This document shows positions 58,778 through 64,000 of a stretch of 64,000 bases of DNA, piece after piece. Both the position numbers and the translations under genes were made by a program. The stretch is taken from positions 1 through 64,000 of the IMG/VR virus record IMGVR_UViG_3300036770_007539. The stretch is one strand, 5' to 3'. The number at the start of each line of letters is the position of its first letter. Within the stretch, counting starts at the first letter, position 1. The notes under the pieces are model-generated. The model was not told the DNA's origin, searched no databases, and saw only the letters and a list, made by a program, of their open reading frames with translations.

Positions 58778-60742
58778 ATGTCCAGCATACTTCTAATTGT
58801 AGAATCTCCAACAAAAGCAAAAACTCTTTCTAAATATTTAGGAAAAGAATATAAAATACTTTCTAGTTTTGGTCACATGTTTGACTTGGATACTAAAAAA
58901 GCAATGTGGGGAATTGATGTTAAAAATAATTTTGAAACTTATTATTCTTTGTTGCAAGACAAGAAGAATCAATTAGAAAATATTAATAAAGCTGCTAAAG
59001 AAGCCGATCTAATATTATTAGCCTCCGACCCTGATCGAGAGGGGGAGGCAATTTCTTGGCACCTGTCAGAAGAATTAAAAAAATTTAAAAAACCAATTAA
59101 AAGAGTCTTATTTAAAGAATATACTAAAAAAGCAATTCTTGAATCTATTAAATCATCTAGAGAGTTGGATGAACAGCTTTACAATGCACAGCAAGCAAGA
59201 AGAGTTATTGATCGAATTGTTGGATTTGGTGTTTCTGGCTATCTTAGAAAAGTTGAAGATTCTAAGACTTCTTTGTCGGCAGGGAGAACTCAATCTGTTG
59301 CCCTTAAATTAATTGTAGAAAGAGAAAAAGAGATAGAAGAATTTAAACCAGAAACTTATTATACGGTCACAGCTTCGGGTACAAAAGATAAAATTGAATT
59401 TGAAATTAAATACTCTGACAAGATTACAAATTCTAAAAAAGCTGAAAAAGTTTTAGAATCTTTAAAATCTGGTGTTAAAGTTTCAAAATTAGACAAATCT
59501 CAAAAAAATAAAAGCCCACTTCCACCTTTTGACACAGCTTCTTTGATGGGTACGTCTTCATCTATGCTTGGCTTTGGCAGTGCCAAGACTATGCAGCTAG
59601 CTCAAGCATTGTATGAAAAGGGTATGATTACTTACATGAGGACTGACTCTTTTAGAGTTTCTTCGGAATCAATCACCCAGGCTAGAGATTATTTGTCTGC
59701 TCAGCATTATGCATTACCTACCAAGCCTAATTTATATGGCGCATCTGCCGAGGCTCAAGATGCACACGAAGCAATTAGACCAACAGATATAAACGCCACT
59801 CCAGATGTATCTAATCTTCCTCAAGATGAAGAAAAATTATATGATTTAATTTGGAAAAGATTTCTAGCTTCCCAATTGAAGCCTGCTATTTATGATGCTA
59901 CCGTTGTAACATTTAAATCTTCAGACGGTACTGAATTTAAATCTCATGGAAGGATATTAACATCCGAAGGATGGCTATCTCTTTTTAAAGACACAGAGGA
60001 TAAATCATCAGATAGTATACTTCCAAGTTTAGAAGTTGGAGACTGCCCAAAACTTAAAAATGAAAAATTTACAGAAAAACAAACCAAACCACCTTCCAGA
60101 TATTCTGAAAAGGCAATTCTAGAAGAACTTAAAAAAAGAGGAATTGGTCGACCCAGTACTTATTCAGCTATAGTTTCTAAAATCCAAGAAAGAAATTATG
60201 TTGAAAATAAAGGAAAGGTTCTAGCTCCAACTTCGCTTGGGTTTGAAGTTTTCAATCATTTAAATTCAAAATTTAGCTTCATGAACTATGATTATACTGC
60301 CAGTATGGAGCAGTCTTTGGATAAAATTGAATCGGGCTCATTATCTTATGTTGATTTTTTAAATAATTTTTATAAAGATTTTTCTATAGAATTAGTTAAA
60401 ACAGAAAAAGAAATTAATAAATCAGCAATAGATAAATGCCCTAAATGCAGCTCTGATAATAAAGAATATATATTTGGCTCAACTCATTATGTATATTGTA
60501 GTACATTTCCAAAATGTGGATATAAATCGAGTTATTCTAAGCAAAATACTGATATAGTAGCTAGTGAAGATAAATTTACTGCGTTTCAAAGTTGCCCAAA
60601 ATGTAGTGGGTATCTGAGAGCGTACCACTCAAACAGTCAGTGGTCACTTTCATGTGTAAGGAAAGAATGTGATGGTAAATTATCTCCAACAGAAAAACAA
60701 GTAAATTTCTATAATAATTTATTAAAATTTAAGAAAGGTTAA
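58778..60742 (+). CDS. topA: DNA topoisomerase I (type IA)
   Basis: IVESPTKAKT, SDPDREGEAI, SAGRTQS, ITYMRTDS, DAHEAIRPT, GIGRPSTY, C-terminal Zn ribbons. Confidence 0.95.
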   Translation: MSSILLIVESPTKAKTLSKYLGKEYKILSSFGHMFDLDTKKAMWGIDVKNNFETYYSLLQDKKNQLENINKAAKEADLILLASDPDREGEAISWHLSEELKKFKKPIKRVLFKEYTKKAILESIKSSRELDEQLYNAQQARRVIDRIVGFGVSGYLRKVEDSKTSLSAGRTQSVALKLIVEREKEIEEFKPETYYTVTASGTKDKIEFEIKYSDKITNSKKAEKVLESLKSGVKVSKLDKSQKNKSPLPPFDTASLMGTSSSMLGFGSAKTMQLAQALYEKGMITYMRTDSFRVSSESITQARDYLSAQHYALPTKPNLYGASAEAQDAHEAIRPTDINATPDVSNLPQDEEKLYDLIWKRFLASQLKPAIYDATVVTFKSSDGTEFKSHGRILTSEGWLSLFKDTEDKSSDSILPSLEVGDCPKLKNEKFTEKQTKPPSRYSEKAILEELKKRGIGRPSTYSAIVSKIQERNYVENKGKVLAPTSLGFEVFNHLNSKFSFMNYDYTASMEQSLDKIESGSLSYVDFLNNFYKDFSIELVKTEKEINKSAIDKCPKCSSDNKEYIFGSTHYVYCSTFPKCGYKSSYSKQNTDIVASEDKFTAFQSCPKCSGYLRAYHSNSQWSLSCVRKECDGKLSPTEKQVNFYNNLLKFKKG

Positions 60743-60752
60743 GGGTACGATT

Positions 60753-61088
60753 ATGGCAGCTCCAGGAGACCTCCTTCATTTTAGAGGATTAGAAGTTAAA
60801 GTTCACGATAATGATTTTGAAGATGCTTTCAGAAAATTTAAATCATTAGTTCAAAAAGAAAAAATCATTTCAGAATATAAAGAAAAACAAAGATATGAAA
60901 AACCTTCTGATAAAAAAAGAAGAAAGCATCGAGAAGCAATACAAAAACTTATGCTAGCTAAATTACGAGAACAGCAAGTTTTAAGTGGAGAGTGGGATAA
61001 AATTCAAGCTAGAAAAGAAGCTCGCAAAAGTAAAAAGATGGAAGAGCGCAAACGAAAAACATCAGATGGCTCCAGCGAGTCCCAATGA
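60753..61088 (+). CDS. rpsU: Ribosomal protein bS21 with C-terminal extension
   Basis: VKVHDNDFEDAFRKFK..V..E.II.EYK....YEKPSDKKRRK. Confidence 0.85.
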   Translation: MAAPGDLLHFRGLEVKVHDNDFEDAFRKFKSLVQKEKIISEYKEKQRYEKPSDKKRRKHREAIQKLMLAKLREQQVLSGEWDKIQARKEARKSKKMEERKRKTSDGSSESQ

Positions 61089-61710
61089 ATAATAAAAAAG
61101 AAGTCTTTATAAGAAATCCAGCCAGACATATTCAAGCGCAAAGCGTTCAAGAAAATTATATTCCCGAATATGTACGTCTTATGGCAGAAGGCAAGCTTAA
61201 AGGTTTACCTCAAGCAGATGAATTGCCAGAGCATCAGGCAAAAATAAGAAATCAAGCTATTAAAGATTTGCAAATGGCTCCTAAAATTACAGTTCCATCT
61301 GTAGGTCAGCAAGATTTGGGTTGGAACAAAAGAGCTTCTTTTTATGATGAGGCATTATCCGATCAGCCTGTATATGATCATAATGTGGTTAGAAATGACT
61401 TAACATCGGAAGAGCTAGAAGCATTGCATGATCAAATTTCTAAAGAAAGAATTGATTTTGCAAATAAAAATGCAAATAAAGAAGCGTATCAATCTTTAAA
61501 AGAAGAAAAAATATACAATCCTCCTAGCTCCTTAGACCAAGTAAGCAACAATGAAATTGTTGTTATTTCTCAGGGAAAAGTAGTCTTTTCTTCCTTAAAA
61601 GAAGAAGAGGTTAAAGAAAAATTGGCTCATTTAATTTTTGAACAAAATATTAACCCTGATGATGTTGTAGTAATTAAACGACTTCCAATATCTATTTCAA
61701 TTAACTTAGG

Positions 61711-62259
61711 TTGAGTATGGAAAGAAAAGCTACAGACATTTTATTAGAATTAGAAGAAAAACTTGAAAAAGTTTTATCCTATGTTGTAAATATGGATAAT
61801 AATTATAAAATAATTATTTCAAGGTTAGATTCTATTAAAAATAATAATTTGCCTGTAGCTAATCTTAGCGTTAATACTTCGGAAAACATAAAATCTATAG
61901 AGAAAAATACATCATTAAATGACACTTTTGTAGAGGTCAATTCTATTGATGAAAAATCTAAGCATGAAAAAGTAAGAGTGAGTCAAGTTGTTAAGTATCC
62001 TAAAAGTAAAAATGTCAAACAAAACAATGTTGTTTTAGCTCTGGTAAAAATATACGATTCAAAAGGCTTAGACGCCGGGACAGTTGTCGCAGAGAACAGA
62101 ACAGATCAAAACGGAAGATGGAAAGTTGATTTATCTCCAGGTCAGTATCATGTTCACATTACAAAGCCAGCTTCTACTCAAAAGCCCCAAATAGATCATT
62201 ATTTTCCCATCTCAGTAGATGGAGAAAAATCTTCTTTAGACTTAGAACCTATTGGATGA
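61711..62259 (+). CDS. Coiled-coil plus carboxypeptidase-regulatory/transthyretin-like beta domain protein
   Basis: ALVKIYD...TDQNGRW..DLSPGQYHV. Confidence 0.55.
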   Translation: MSMERKATDILLELEEKLEKVLSYVVNMDNNYKIIISRLDSIKNNNLPVANLSVNTSENIKSIEKNTSLNDTFVEVNSIDEKSKHEKVRVSQVVKYPKSKNVKQNNVVLALVKIYDSKGLDAGTVVAENRTDQNGRWKVDLSPGQYHVHITKPASTQKPQIDHYFPISVDGEKSSLDLEPIG

Positions 62260-62635
62260 TTGGACATTATGAAGAAGAATACAAAATGGAAATCTTCTAA
62301 AGAAGTTTTAAATAAAAAAAAAGCTCTAAATAAACTCTTAGATGATAAGAAAAAAATAGAATTAGAAATTAAAAAAACATCTTCAACATTAGAAGAGATT
62401 GAAAATAAAAAATTCTCAGAAGATGCAATGAATAAATTACCAATAGAGTCATTGCAAGACTTGTATCATAAAAATGAATCGCCAACTGAGGTCATTGAGA
62501 ATCATTCTAAAGAAAGAAAAAAACAATTAAAGTTTTTTGATGAAATCTCAAGCTTAGAGCATGAAATTTATCAAGCAAAAATTGATTTAACTATTGAAAA
62601 AATTAATAATTTACTAGAAAAAATAAATTAAAATT

Positions 62636-63325
62636 ATGAATAAATATAATATAATTTGTATTGATTGTCCCTGGAGCTTTTCTGATAAGCTAGAGATGTC
62701 AGACGTAGCTCGCAGCTCTGAATCTCAATATCCAGTATTAAATATTGAAGAATTAAAAAAATTAAGAATTAATGACATAGCAGCAGAAGATGCTTTAATA
62801 GTATCATGGACGCCATCTTCTTTATTACAAGAGGGGCTAGACTGCTTAAAAAGTTGGAATTTTAGACAGACCCAAATGGTCGTTTGGAATAAAACAAATA
62901 AAGATCCTTTTAAAAGTATTAAAAATAAGTTGAAGAAAATAGATTTAAACGATAAATCTAATATTGATAAAATTTTTAATGATTTTAATTACAATGATTT
63001 AATGGGATTTGGGATGGGTAGGATGTGGAGGAATTGTCATGAAATTGCTCTAGTAGGCGTTAGAGGTAAAATTTATAAGCACTTAAAAAACAAATCTCAA
63101 AGAACTGTTCATTTTGGAATTAATGAAAAACATTCTAAGAAACCAGAACATATCCAAGATCAATTAGATTTAATGTTTCCAGATCCATCTCTAAAAAAGA
63201 TAGAGGTTTTTGCAAGAAGATTAAAAGAAGGTTGGACATGTATTGGAAATGAAGTATGCTCTGGCAAAGATATACGAGAATCTATAAATGAACTATTATT
63301 TGATAAGGTTTGCGATAGCATATGA
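62636..63325 (+). CDS. MT-A70-family adenine methyltransferase
   Basis: YNIICIDCPW (DPPW-like), GMGRMWRNCHEIAL.G.RG, HSKKP, IEVFARR...GW...GNE. Confidence 0.88.
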   Translation: MNKYNIICIDCPWSFSDKLEMSDVARSSESQYPVLNIEELKKLRINDIAAEDALIVSWTPSSLLQEGLDCLKSWNFRQTQMVVWNKTNKDPFKSIKNKLKKIDLNDKSNIDKIFNDFNYNDLMGFGMGRMWRNCHEIALVGVRGKIYKHLKNKSQRTVHFGINEKHSKKPEHIQDQLDLMFPDPSLKKIEVFARRLKEGWTCIGNEVCSGKDIRESINELLFDKVCDSI

Positions 63326-63822
63326 ATGCTTTGTTGTTAAGTTATTCATATGAGCCAATTTCTTTTATTTCCGAAAGAAAAGCATTAAAAATGCTTTGTT
63401 TGGGAAAAATTGAAATTTTATCTTCATGGGAAGATCAAACTATCATTTCTAATAACAAATTAAATTATCCATCAGTGGTTAGATTGGTTTATAAAAATAG
63501 ATGGATGCCAAAAATTGCAAAATTTAATAGAAAAGCAATCTTAAAAAGAGATTATTATATTTGTCAATATTGTGGATATGCAGGGACTTCAGCTCAATTA
63601 AGCATAGATCACATTGTTCCACGTTCTTGTGGAGGTCCCAACTCTTTTGATAATTGTGTAACTTCTTGTCACCCGTGTAATTCAAGAAAAAAAAATAGAA
63701 CACCAGAGCAAGCAGGAATGAAATTATTAAATAAGCCAGAGGCTCCTAAACGTTTTATTGTAAACGAATATAGGAGCCTCTCTATTGTGCATCCAGATTG
63801 GAAATTTTATTTAGGAGCCTAA
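63322..63822 (+). CDS. HNH endonuclease (McrA-like)
   Basis: RDYYICQYCG, SIDHIVPRSCGG, NCVTSCHPCNSRK. Confidence 0.9.
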   Translation: MNALLLSYSYEPISFISERKALKMLCLGKIEILSSWEDQTIISNNKLNYPSVVRLVYKNRWMPKIAKFNRKAILKRDYYICQYCGYAGTSAQLSIDHIVPRSCGGPNSFDNCVTSCHPCNSRKKNRTPEQAGMKLLNKPEAPKRFIVNEYRSLSIVHPDWKFYLGA

Positions 63823-64000
63823 ATTTCAGATGGCTTCCACCTATATCCTGAAGGCGCAGATGGATAGCCTTCTACCCATTCAGGACCGCCCGATTCACCA
63901 GCGTCAGTAGCAGATTCTCCAGCCCCCGTGTTTCCAGTTCCTGTTAAACTTTCCACCCTTTGTACTTTTTCAGATAGCGATTGTTCTTTCCGGAAATCAT
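63819..64000 (-). CDS. 3' end of a minus-strand CDS running out of the window
   Basis: Open frame ...DFRKEQSLSEKVQRVESLTGTGNTGAGESATDAGESGGPEWVEGYPSAPSGYRWKPSEI*. Confidence 0.5.
   Translation of the reverse strand, partial: DFRKEQSLSEKVQRVESLTGTGNTGAGESATDAGESGGPEWVEGYPSAPSGYRWKPSEI

Noticed and set aside
1-64000. Stop-codon reassignment
   Set aside because: Conserved genes are full length in the standard code and end in TAA, TAG or TGA; no suppressor tRNA seen
1-64000. CRISPR array, DGR/retron reverse transcriptase, integrase or transposase
   Set aside because: No regularly spaced repeats with unique spacers and no RT, recombinase or transposase motifs noticed by eye

Overview
A 64-kb segment of a large (jumbo-type), AT-rich tailed phage genome, read in the standard bacterial code. 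Genes are dense and mostly on the + strand, with many short hypothetical ORFs behind sigma70-type promoters. No structural or packaging genes are recognisable in the window. Recognisable genes include thyA, purA, rIIA/rIIB, topA, a UvrD helicase, an FtsK-like ATPase, an RNA ligase, Thg1, SpoU/TrmH, two tandem HslV-like proteases, ClpP, DksA, an HU-like protein, bS21, an MT-A70 methyltransferase, HNH nucleases, an RpoH-like sigma factor and three tRNAs (Gln-TTG, Ser-GGA, Thr-GGT). Several genes look myxobacterial, which suggests a Myxococcota (probably Polyangiaceae) host: an AgmX/PglI (GltG-like) TonB-C protein, a DUF4388-roadblock fusion and a Cys-rich lipoprotein. Main unexplained signals: (1) a 13-bp motif (AATWWTTTNRCAT) exactly 6 nt upstream of the start codon of seven genes that lack a Shine-Dalgarno (SD) site, and in front of most reverse-oriented singleton genes, suggesting a phage-specific, probably late, leaderless regulon; (2) a candidate zinc-ribbon-containing sigma factor without region 4 that could read it; (3) a terminal helix motif shared by unrelated proteins, possibly a head-packaging signal; (4) a set of possible host-behaviour effectors and anti-defence decoys. 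All family calls come from motif recognition by eye, not from database searches.
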